Position numbers and translations under genes: made by a program
Assembly: GCA_976226885.1 (NCBI GenBank)
Contig: OZ320313.1
Coordinates: 37,603,001-37,636,000 of the forward strand
Direction: 5' to 3'
Length of the DNA: 33,000 nucleotides
Source: Iphione sp. A-MEVVRFRX5
Lineage: Eukaryota
Notes under the pieces: model-generated
Databases searched by the model: none
What the model saw: only the letters and a program-made list of their open reading frames with translations
What the model was told of the DNA's origin: nothing
In this document: one piece after another, positions 1 through 11,204 of the stretch
How the letters are laid out: the number at the start of each line of letters is the position of its first letter
Position numbering within the stretch: position 1 is the first letter of the stretch

Positions 1-3000
1 GAAAAAAGAGCTAACTCCATTTTTGTCGTAAATTTTGTTCGGTATTGATAACTTCCAATCCACTGAAGATAAAACATTCTGTCCAGTAGATAAGATTTCG
101 CCGGATGAAAAGTGCTGTCAACAGTGGATGTTCCAGTCTCTAGTTCAACCCTCTGCTGCAATAACTTTATAGCTCTCGTATGGCCGTCCTTAATGGAGGG
201 ATGTGCATTGTCCACAGGATCGACCAAATATTACATTTCTTACGTACCTTTCACTAACCATTTTGGAAAAGGTAGATAACAACTCTGTTGTGACAGTTAA
301 TTCAGTCCTATTGGCAATTGGATGTTAGTTAAGTACCCTTCACGTAAAAAATCCCATAATTCATATTCTAATGTATAATTTTTTTTCCAGGGATGCATTT
401 GTCACACATACAAATATTTATATTCTTGCTCTGAATTAAATGTAATGGAAGCGCATTTCTAATCGTATCTACACATATGAACATAAAGTAGAACATGCAT
501 TAAAATCTTATAAAACAGCAGAAATAATATGCATGACAAGAAATTGATGGAAACCACCCTTAACTATCCACTTTATAAGCAACCGACAGAGTTGGGATAC
601 ACACAGACAAACGTAGGGAATGGCCTCTGCCTTTCTTCCCCTACACACAGTCCGCCGTTCGTGGAGGTGCATATCCACAATATATAAATTATATTTAATA
701 ATGTAGGCAATTCCTTTTAGTCAGTAATTTACAGCTGGAATGAGGTGCATGTTTAGCATTAAGGCCAACCGCATGGGCCGTGGCTAAAGTTGTGTCTATC
801 GTGGGGGAGAAACCGTTACACGGACACTATTAGAAGAAGCGGCCAGAATGCCAGACCAGGCATGGAAAGGTCATAGTAAGTGCATGAATTCATGACCCGC
901 GAAGACCCATTGGTGACGGAATCATTCTACCATCAGCCATGGCAGTCCACTGAAAAAATGGAAGAAATGTATGCATAAACACAAGCATACACACATAAAC
1001 AAAGGTAGTGTAGGGATCTTTGTCAGTCAGTACTGTGAAAGCTCATTCAGTACAAGGGAAAACTGGGTCATTCAGTGCAGGTTTACAGTTATCAAGTGCG
1101 AGTGGCAAGACTTTGCAAGGGTCTCATGTAACATAAGGTTGGAGCAGCCTGAATGAACCCGATTGGAAAGAAGTAATAAGCTGCCCTCTGACTGGTGGTT
1201 TTAGGTGACATTTTGTGTTTATCTCATGGAACCTGTAAGCCTATATTAAGGACATGTTTTCTGAGTAAAAAAATAGTTTTTTTGGCCCTGACATGTTTTA
1301 TTTGATAGCCCAGCTTACAATAGTAACAGTAGTTTACAGCACATTGAGATGCGATAAGATAAGATTAATTTTTGTTCCATCATGCGGTTTGAATTAAGGA
1401 TGACTGCCATGATATAATCATTTAAAGAAACCATTGAGGTTGCTATGGTAAAATTTACAGCTTTGTAGGGCCTTTAAAATGTTGTGCACATGATATAGAC
1501 TGCACACGTTGCCCTTGCATCGTTTATGCAGCCAGCCTCATCTCCCCTTCCAACATCATCTGCTACTTCCTGCTATATACACTGTTTTCCTTTCTACCAC
1601 AGCACATGAATCTATATTCAATCTGCGTCATCCAAACTCATGATGCTTTGTGAAACTATCCGAGTGTAATGGAGTCGGTACTATGGTTTGACAATGCAAT
1701 GTAAATCCTCTAATCAGAACATCCTTGGCTCTTTCCCAAGTGATCTATAATTAGGTGTGTCCCTATTATATATATCTTTTGATATATGGCAAGTGTAACC
1801 TGTTCTTCTCACGTGTGTCCCTAGTCGAGGCATGTGCCCACTGGGGTTGTGTCCCAAAGGTTCCCCTGTGAACTGAATAGGCCTGGTATATCATGATGGT
1901 GGGAAGAGATAAGTGAAAAGTAGGTATGAATGATGCAGGGCCTCTGATATGGGTATCCCAAGGTCATGTAAACCTATATTGGCAGTTCACGGCAAGTATT
2001 ACCCCTAGGCTTATGTAACAGTTCTACATGGGATATACCTTTAAATGGTATATATTTTGAGTGAAAGGTGCGGCCTTATCTTCGTATCCCTCAGGAATTG
2101 ATGTTCATACGTGTTTATCACGAGGGAGAACATCACCTGCACAATATATAATGCATAATTTTGCTAAGGAAATAAACCAGTTTCGCTTTAATTTGGGGTG
2201 ATTTCCCAAATTATGATCCTCTTTAGAAAACGTGGGACTTTATCACTCTCCTAATCTTTTGTCGCTGCCTTTAAAGTTTCATCCAAAGTTTGAGGCCCGG
2301 AATTGTACAAGAATTTATGTACGTGTTGGGCTAAAAACTGGTGACAATCCTCCGACATTTGTGGTATTTTCTAAAGTTCTAAAGGTTATGAAGCTTGCCA
2401 ATTTGCGATGAAATCATCTCATGGTATTTGAGGCCCCTGTGACATTTGCATGCTTTGAATTCTTTACGTTTTTCGCCATTTTTAAAAGGAATTTCTTGCA
2501 TCGCACTTTGCTTAATATATCATATGGAAAATTTTAAAATATATCTTTGTAGGCATGGCATCCAATTAGGACCCTGCCAGAAATAATTGACCAGATAGAC
2601 ATGATGTACGATATATGAAACACTCATGTGGCACTATTGCGGTTAACACTGTACCAAGAACCGGTGATAAGTAGAAAATAAGTTGTATGTGTTATTTTGA
2701 TATTATCAACTTGTCTTAGGTGAGATCCAGTGTGTAATCAGAACAAAATTAGTAACTTTATAAATCACTGCCTACCCTAAACATGTTTTTATACTTTGTC
2801 TCTTCCAGAAGAACACCAGGAATGATGGGGAGCTATTTTGTAAGTCTCTGTCGGTTCTTTTCTATCCTAAGCCCTAAAAGAAGGTCTTTGTTTCCGGTAA
2901 CAACCTGAACCATTATAGGGATGGCAGGCAGTTTGCTATTTCTTTTCTCTATTTTGTTCAATGCTAATAGATTCAAAAGCGACAAATTGAAATTAGTGTG

Positions 3001-3432
3001 TTTAATTCTACACTTGGTAGTATTCAGCTATGGCTGTTGTTGTCTTGGCTTAGTTACTCCACTAGTATTGCTCAACTAGATAATCTTCAAGCCCACCCTT
3101 AAGGTTGCTCTAAGTGGTTTTGGGTTCCTGCAATTCCCTGAAGAGACAAGTGTTACAACGTAATTCAAGTTCAGACTGACTTTATTTGCTATACTGGACC
3201 CTTATTTATAGCAATCCACAGTGTCATGTGATCAGGCCATGTATCAATGTATGGAATAAAACTGCTATAATATGTCCAGTGTTGTTCTGTTCCACCATTC
3301 AATACACAGGCAAAAGCTACAAAGTAATAGGGGCCTGGATTACCAGGGGCCAAGGTCACCTTTAACTTTTTCTTTGTCACAACCAACAGTGGTGCCACGG
3401 TTTTTCCCATTGGAGCACCTCAAACGTAGTCC

Positions 3433-3678
3433 TGGGGGTCACTGAGTACACTATATCAGACCATGGCACCATGACTTATCCTATTCAACTGTAATACTGG
3501 GGTCACTGAGTACATCTTATCAAACTATGGCACCACAACTTTGCACACTTAATACCAGTGCCAGGGTCACTAAGTACATCTCATCAGACCGTGGCACCAC
3601 AACTTATCCTGTAATACTGGGGTCACTGAATACATCTTATCAAACCGTGGCACCACGACTTTGCACACTTAATACCAT
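3433..3678. repeat. Short tandem array, 4 units of ~56-64 bp in an A-B-A'-B' arrangement
   Basis: Each unit has the core GGGTCACT(G/A)A(G/A)TACA..(T/C)ATCA(G/A)AC..TGGCACCA. Units 1 and 3 continue ACTTATCCT..GTAATACT; units 2 and 4 continue ACTTTGCACACTTAATACCA. Confidence 0.9.
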
Positions 3679-4779
3679 TCTACACTATGTATAAGGCAAT
3701 ATCACTTCTACTGCTTAGATTTTAATATCAAATGAAAGCTAATAACATAAGGAACACAATGGTGTATATATCTCTATCATTATTCTATCTGAAGATATTC
3801 AAAAATAAGAAAGAAATAAAATGTTGTAATCACCCAAATATGAGGGTCGGTCAAGTTACCAGAAACACATATATCAATGTTTTGCATGCTGCCCGGATTA
3901 AAAATCAACCTTAACGTCTTTTCATTTGAGAAGAATTCGGTATGGAATGGACGATGTTGTAAATGATGCCATAAACGGAGCAATACAACACGTAATTTAT
4001 GGTATTATTTTTGTATATTATAGTACACTTCAACAAGCTGTCTGGAACGATTGTACGATTCCGAGCACTCAAACAGTGTGTCTGCCTTCAGACAGGATCA
4101 CACAGTGGCTGAGGTATGAAGGATTGCTCTCGTATCAACCTTGTTAACCTATATGTCCTGCTTTGTTGGGACAGAAACGAGCAGGACTAGTCTGTACCTC
4201 TTGTACTCTTTACTCGGGTTATATAGAGAACATGCCAGGCCTTCTAAACAGGTAAGTGAAACAAGGTGGCTGCTGGTTGTCAGACCATCTCGTAAACATC
4301 AGAAATCCATGTATGAAATGGTCCCTGGGGTCAACCTCGTGACTACAGTGCATATGTTATTAATACATAATACTTAGCTTTTTGTTTCACGGACTGTTTT
4401 ATCACAATGTCTGTTTTCGTATTTGATATGATAGAGGGTTAGTAAGAGATGTTTAATCATTCATTAAAGGCTATTCCATGCACTAATCCGCGGACATGTA
4501 TTCTTAGCTCCTCCATGCTCTGCGCGCTTGTACATATTTCGGAATTGCGCAAACACAGGCTCCTTATGATATAATTATGGCATCATCATTACATCAAAAT
4601 TATATACTATGCCGATAATGTGAACGATTGGGAGTGTATGCTGCTCTCTCCAGTGTAATTACATCTACCACGATCTTGTGTATAATTTTAATTGCATTGG
4701 CCTAGCACAAGTTAGACCATACTCCATAACTCCATTATTTCACCAACATGGACCGCTTGCTCCATGATCCAACCAGGTA

Positions 4780-4990
4780 TCTAACTCTTCCTCTAATATT
4801 CCCATCATTCACCTCCTGCCTTACTATCCTCTTTTCATTCCATCCTCCTTCTCCTTCTCTACTTCCGTCCTATACCCTTCCATCTTACCCTGCCCTACCT
4901 TCTTCTCACCATCTCCTTCTCTCTTCTCTTGCCTCCCCTCTGCCCTTGCCTCCTACTGCCTCTACCCTTCCTCTCTCCTCCAACCTCCAT
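4780..4990. repeat. Pyrimidine-rich (C/T) low-complexity tract
   Basis: Near-continuous CT-rich sequence (cctccttctccttctctacttcc...). It explains the Pro/Ser/Leu-rich spurious ORF 4748-5026. Confidence 0.8.
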
Positions 4991-5236
4991 AATTTTGGCC
5001 ACATTAAGACTTGGAATCGATGCTAATTTGAGCTGGTATTAAGGAGAACTCCTGGCATGGATCCAGCCGAGGTGTTTCAACTATGGCAGGTTAACGAGAG
5101 GTCAATGAGTGCACTTTCCACATGGAGTATGGCTCTCTGCTCGCCAAACAACAACAGCAAGGCCACTTACCAGAAATCCTCTAATATGCGGTGCAGGTTC
5201 AAGGACCCTGCCTTTAGTATCAATCTAAGCATTTGA

Positions 5237-5803
5237 CATTTGGAAAAGATGAGGTATTTCTAAGAAAAGCAGCAAGGTTTCAGGGCAGAAAGGGGAACCA
5301 ACACAGCAGTTGCGTCATTGCTTAGGGACATCTATGTGCGGAATGATGAGGGCAAATATACTGGATGTATATTTTTTGACATGTCCAAAGCATTCGATCT
5401 GATAAATCATAGTCTATTCATCAGGAGTCTTAGCCATGCAGGGGTTGGAGAACGTTGCCTGAGGTGGATAAGGAGTTACTTACAGAATAGGGCTCAATTC
5501 ATATGGTGTAATGGTATTAATTCTGAACTATTGGCAGTCAAGCAAGGAGTCCCTCAGGGCTGCCTGATGGGGCACCTGATGTTCACAATCATCATAAACT
5601 CCGTACCGAATGCGCTGGCCATAACAAAGAGCATCCTGTATGCTGATGATCTCACGATCTACTGTGAGGCATTGAGTGCTTTAACTCTCAGACTGAAGTT
5701 GTAGAGAGGGATCAAAGATGTAGTTAAGTGGACGAATGAACATGGACTAACTCTAAATATCAGTAAAACAACCTACATGACCTTTGGTAAAAGCGCTACA
5801 TGA
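5237..5803 (+). pseudogene. Decayed reverse transcriptase fragment of a non-LTR retrotransposon (CR1/L2-group-like LINE)
   Basis: One frame reads HLEKMRYF*EKQQGFRAERGT..., GCIFFDMSKAFD, LRWIRSYLQNR, GVPQG, ILYADDLTIY, then *RGIKDVVKWTNEHGLTLNISKTTYMTF. These match the LINE RT motifs QxGFR, DxSKAFD, GVPQG, YADD and LxLNxxKT. In-frame stops at 5261 and 5702 mark it as inactive. Confidence 0.93.
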
Positions 5804-6039
5804 AGGGAAATTGTAATAGAATGATCTGAGATATTTGATGCATCAGGGAGGCTTTAGATGGCTGACCTTAGATAGACCATATGCTCTTTGTCTGAGTGTG
5901 GATTTCATTTTGTTTATCACTGGGTTCCATGTCATTCTACTGTCAATGACATACGCAAGGAACTTGCATGACTCTACTTTCTCTATTTGTTCATCCTTTA
6001 CTCTCAGGTCTAGATCAAATGTAGCGCGACATCACAACC

Positions 6040-6570
6040 TGTGTTGGTGTCCGTGTGTATTTGGTATATGTTTCCATGCATTTTTATAGATCATGTTGAT
6101 TGTAGTCTACTGTGTTCCTTATATATAACAGCTGTCCATGTGCATTTGTGTGTTTGATGTGCTTTGTCCATTATTGGTACACGCTCCATTATTTTCCACG
6201 CACCCACAGGTGCACACCAATGCATGCTTATTTCTTCATATTAACTCATTTTTACTCCCTTTTGCTCACTTCTCCATGTCATTTTTACACTTGTCCACAC
6301 ATGTCTGCACATGTCCATCCTTCTCCACCCTTTTTAATAATTTTTGCCATTTTTAGGCCGAATTTCCACGAAATAAGCCATTTTAACCTTAAATTTGTTC
6401 ATCGTTATACTTTTCCGTCATTCATGCACACAAATGCACTGCTAAGATCGCACTATGAAGGACATCCCTGTGCGTGGGGGTACAGAGAACCAAAATACAC
6501 AAACACACTGAAACACACACAGAAAGTAACGCACACAAACCCACACAAATACACCTAAGAAAACCGGGTT
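6040..6570. mobile_element. Diverged copy related to the Harbinger-like MITE family (boundaries approximate)
   Basis: It has the same strand-biased interior as 13294-13867 (TTTTTGCC..TTT, CTTAAATTTG, CACACATG motifs) and a degenerate right-end motif GAAAACCGGG near 6557-6566. No clear left TIR. Confidence 0.4.
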
Positions 6571-7641
6571 TGCTAGACAAACTTATCGTAAGAGGTCTTT
6601 TGATCAGTCACCCTGTGACAGCAGTAGGATTCGTGTAAACAAGTGACGTGGATTGACAGCTGAAAAGACTAAATTACCAGCTATGTTGGAGTAAAAACCC
6701 GCTTCATAGACAATATATTTGTTCCCTCTCCATGTCCATAATTAGTTTTAACTCTCCTTTAATTAGACAAATTATTCTGAAACATTTTCGTTCAGGTAGG
6801 AGTATCATTAAATACGATGATCTTTACAGGTTCACAACCTACCTATTGTTCACTCTAGCAAAATTACGTTAACAAAAGAGAGAGGTGAGCTATTCATGTG
6901 TTCTCTCCTAACAAAAAGGTAGCTATCATTCGCTGCGAAATTATACAATCACTCACAATCAAATAACTGATAGCGTGAAAGAAGGAAACGAACAATGTTG
7001 GTTTTCAATATTTATGCCACTTTATTCTGGTTTATATGAGTTTGAACCAAAAGGTTCCTCAAAGAAAAGCTTTCGCAGGAATTTAATATCCCTTCAATTA
7101 GCTACAAAGATATAGGAACTTCGGAACTTAAATGGAGAAGTAGAAAGGAATATTGCCACACGAGGATCTCTCAAACATGTAACTAGGTATAAGGAAGCAT
7201 GACGTAGGAGGAATATAAAGAGCGATATAGAATCAACCCATCAACATCAATATGACATCCTGACACAAATCATTTAGGTAAACTGATACATAAATCTGAA
7301 ATAGTTGCTCATAGGTATGTCCGTGTGCGCTATTAACAGGGAATAAATGTCATGAATATGATGTATCATCAAGATGATTAGAGATAATCCTCTGATGCTA
7401 AGAACCGTAGCATCCTACATCAAGTACATTATCAGGATATCACAACAGTTTATCAGAGAGAGTACTCTGTGAACCTTCATTAAACACAGACACTCCTCAA
7501 CCCATTCTGCATAATACCCATGTGCAAGAGAGCCCTTGATTCTGGGCAGCCCTATAATCTGTATATCTCACGTTTGAGAACCATATAACGAAAGTACTAA
7601 AGCGTATTTATCCTGAACACTTTAAAAATTCAGAATGCCTG

Positions 7642-7715
7642 AAGGCACTCCCAGGATAGGACAAATAATACTTTAAGGTATTCTCAGGGTAGGACGGATA
7701 GTGCTTTAAGGCATT
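7642..7715. repeat. Imperfect 33-bp tandem duplication (~2.2 copies)
   Basis: aaggcactcccaggataggacaaataatacttt / aaggtattctcagggtaggacggatagtgcttt / aaggcatt. Confidence 0.75.
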
Positions 7716-8339
7716 ACCTAAAATAATAGGTTAAAGCCATCATTCTTACCCCCAAAAAGTCACATTAACAATTGTCCGTATTGGTGAATTCCAAACTTAT
7801 TTTGAAAAGGAATGTAAAGAATTAAGTTTTGTCTTGCAGAATTGATAAAAAGTTGTTTATTTCATATTCGAATATATCACCCCACCTTCTTTAGACCTGC
7901 CGCCTTTAATGGGTTAACAAACATGCATTTGAACACATAACTGATAATGTGTGCTTACGGAAATATTTGTCAGTGCTTGAGCAAAAAATACACTAAACGT
8001 AATTGAAAACATCTCTGCAAACAATATCTTTAGTTATTTATTCTACATAGTAGATAACGTGTGAATCGGACAGATTACGTGAAATGAACTTTGAGGCATG
8101 AACTGAAATTTTTTGACAAACATATAAACATTCTGACAAGGATATTTATCCAATTCAAAGTCCCTAGCAACCGTGTGATTTGCTGACGAAGTTAAGAGGG
8201 TCAGGTCCTCCGAGTCGACAGATGGTGGTCATTCAAGCAATGGCCAACCCTTCAACTGAAAAAATTGCTGACCTATACAAGAGGTTTAGGTGATCAATTG
8301 TCTAACCATTTGTCTAGTAGCATGTTCTCCGGCAAGTGC

Positions 8340-8775
8340 CACTGTGGCACATAGTGACACAATATGAGGCGTTACGACAAAATGGCATACAGGGATACAC
8401 AGTAATACATTAATCACAGTGATACACCATGACATACAGTGGCACGTGGATACAGAGTGACACAGTAACACAATGGGATACCCTGATTCTATGACAAAAG
8501 TGACACAGTGATACACATTGGTAAACAATAGCACATAGGAATACATAGTGGCACATGGTGCCAATCTATTATATACAGTAACATACTGTCACCCAAGGAT
8601 GGACCATGACATACAGTTATACACTCTGCCATGCTGTGAAACTGGCAGACTATAGCCCTGTGACACACTGACAATATCACACAGTAAACACATAGTGACA
8701 CACAATGACAAATAGTGACACTGTGACACTGACTGCGACTGTAGTTATAACTGTGATTGTGAGTCTGACTGTGAC
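8340..8775. repeat. Cryptic, decayed short-period repeat region built on GTGACACA / CACAGT motifs
   Basis: Many dispersed GTGA(C/T)ACA(C/G) motifs with strong A/C bias on the + strand. This explains the Cys/Val/His-rich spurious minus-strand ORFs. Confidence 0.7.
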
Positions 8776-9791
8776 CATTTGCAGCACCATGGTTCAGTGT
8801 GGTGAGGGCATTAATGAAACTGCACTTTACAAAACTTACATTGAGGCAATTTTAGAAAGAAATTAAGACAAAAACTGTTAAAACTGTACATATATTGTCA
8901 CAAATTCCAATTAAAATTAGATACGTGTACATACTCGATGAGAAAAGAAACGCATCCAGAACAATGAAGAAATTAAAGTAAAAAAATAGAAGCTAAGATC
9001 GAAAATAGAAAAAATTATGAAAAAGGGCTTGTTATCATTTCATGAATTAAAGGTTAAAAGAACAAAAGAGTTTGAGCCAGACCTTTTTACGGACAGTTGT
9101 TGGTTTTGAGGCATTTCTTCTTCTGACACTAGAACGAAGTGCAGGACTGGACGTGCTAGGATGGCGGGCAAGGTAGAAGGCAACGTAGCAAGAGGTAGAG
9201 GAAGGGTCTGAAGAAGGGACTTGGTGGGGGGTGGGGGGGAGATACGGGCGAGTAATAGGAAACATTGCAGTCCTTGATCAACGGTCCGCCGCGGCCGTCT
9301 GGCGCCGCCGGTAGTCGGCGTGTCGTCGGCCGGCGCCGCTGGAGAAGATGGGCTCCAGTCGCTTAAACGCCACCTACGGCCATAGATGACACCTTGGCGC
9401 TCAACACCATAGTATTTGATTGATTTTCAGTACACACCTTGATCAAATATTGACATTTCAGGGTTAATAAAAGAAATTTGTCGGGGTATACAATGTATAA
9501 ACTGGGGAAATATTCAGGGAACGCATTGTTACTATTGTGTAAATGCTGCTTGTTACCGTTCCAGTTGTCTCTTATTATTTTCTTGAATTCCTTGGCTATG
9601 TCTCTGGTGCGACATATTTTTGGCGCCGTATTCTTTTAGTGTTTTATTTTCACAATTGAAAGTGTATCCACAAAGTAGGTACATTCCTATTTGGCAGGCA
9701 CAAAGCTCGTTTAAAAAAAGGTGTTTTATGTACTGGAAAGTTTCTGTTTGGGGGTGAGAGAGAGACCATCCTAAAAATGGCTCATGACTAA

Positions 9792-9915
9792 GGCCCAGTT
9801 TCCATGTGTCTGGATATTTTCAAAGACATCAGATGCGTGCATCTGGAACAAAATTATGTAATACAGAACTAGATGGTTTCTATGTATCAGGGTCTGCAGT
9901 AAGGAAACCAGGGTC
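9792..9915. mobile_element. Candidate mini-MITE with Harbinger-like TIRs
   Basis: Left end taa|GGCCCAGTTTCCAT and right end AGGAAACCAGGGTC|tga form an imperfect inverted repeat matching the TIR of the 13.3 and 18.5 kb elements. Confidence 0.45.
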
Positions 9916-10007
9916 TGAAGAGATCTGTGGACGAAAAATGGGCAATGTTCCTTTTTTCCTGAATGCCGGATGTACATGGACCAGTAGGATACTGAAATAG
10001 CTGCTTA

Positions 10008-10558
10008 GGCTTGGTTTCCATATAAGCTTGTCACAATGGACTGTGTTTCCATTACTGTGTTCTTTTAATCCTATAACCAATGAATCAACAGGAACCATGG
10101 GCATAGTGTTTCCACGTATGTGGTGTTTTATGCTTGTGAAAATTTGGCAAATTTGGCAAAACTGGTGGAAAATGGCAAAATTCAGGCAAAATAGGCCAAA
10201 TAAAATCGTAAAATCAGACACAATTGGCTCAAAAATGGTTCAATTCAGGCAAAAATCGGTCAGACAAATGGTACAAAATGTGTGGTAATGTGTGGAAATG
10301 TGTGGTAATGTGCAGAACTATGTTGTTTTCTGCAGTAAACATACCTAACATAGAACTCATGAAGACACATGCTATGATGCATTGGAAATGGAACATAGCC
10401 CATAGTGAATAACATGGTGCATGTGGACACCTTAAACACATCACGCCCCCCCCCCCACACACACACATGGGTATGTGTTTATTCATGTATTTGAAAAAAA
10501 ACACGCAGCAAACGTGCCTACATGTGTCACAGCGACACATGCATATGGAAACCTAATC
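10008..10558. mobile_element. Non-autonomous PIF/Harbinger-like MITE
   Basis: Left tta|GGCTTGGTTTCCATAT and right ATATGGAAACCTAATC|taa are imperfect TIRs with TWA-type flanks. The interior AATGTGTGGTAATGTGTGG array is shared, inverted, with 13560-13595. Confidence 0.65.
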
Positions 10559-10951
10559 TAAAAGAGGGTGGTACACTTGCTAACCTATGTTAGCCATTGC
10601 AGGGCTGCTCCCTGCCGTTCGCTGGCTGCCGGCCCCAAACCGGGTACCCGTGGTCGTCCATGACCGTCCAAACAATCGAGCTAATCTCCGGAGCATGAAG
10701 TATACCTCTGGACACATAAAAACCTGGCCTAACTACCATTGTCTGAAACAAAGTCAGTTGCCCTACTGTTGTAGTTTCATTCTCACTCACCAGATGGAAA
10801 CAACTGACTAATAAAAGACGTACAGTATGGGAATCGCAATTGTAAGGAAACGACATGAAAACAATTTGTAGATGAGAAAGGGACAGCATGAAAAACTTCA
10901 AACGACATGTTTTAAACCGAGTTAAAACCATTTAAAGCACGGCGGCCATCT

Positions 10952-11167
10952 TTAACCCTCTTTGCGCCTATTTGAGCTGCTATGGCTGTATTTCGCATAC
11001 AGCATGGCCCCATGGGCATATGTCGTGGTAATCCAAACTGTGAAGACACTCACCTTGAGCATGAAAATCGTTATGTTGGCTTGATTGGGGTTCGAACCTG
11101 TGTCCTGAAGATTAGGGTCAGCCTTGCTACATGTCAGCAGTCTAACCCACAAGACCACAGAGGCCAC
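10952..11167 (-). mobile_element. Candidate tRNA-derived SINE (second family), 3' boundary approximate
   Basis: The minus strand has an A-box-like TGGTCTTGTGG followed by GTTAGACTGCTGAC and a consensus B-box GGTTCGAACCC. No cloverleaf forms. Single copy in the window. Confidence 0.5.
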
Positions 11168-11204
11168 ACTTGAGGGGGGAAAGATACATGCTGTATAATT
11201 GTGT

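Noticed and set aside
1-18. GAGCTAACTCC match to the SINE-1 head at the window start
   Set aside because: Only 11 bp match and the flanks differ, so it is compatible with chance.
1439-1452. RFX X-box-like GTTGCTATGGTAAA
   Set aside because: Single imperfect motif with no supporting promoter context. Such motifs are also common inside invertebrate DNA-transposon relics.
3433-3678. CRISPR-like repeat/spacer appearance
   Set aside because: The apparent spacers are themselves repeated (A/A', B/B'), so it is a tandem duplication.
6112-6558. Longest ORF in the left half (148 aa) and similar Cys/His/Phe-rich ORFs at 10.0-10.5, 13.3-13.9, 18.4-18.9 and 31.7-32.1 kb
   Set aside because: They lie in strand-biased MITE interiors or pyrimidine-rich tracts, are open in overlapping frames and have no domain signature.
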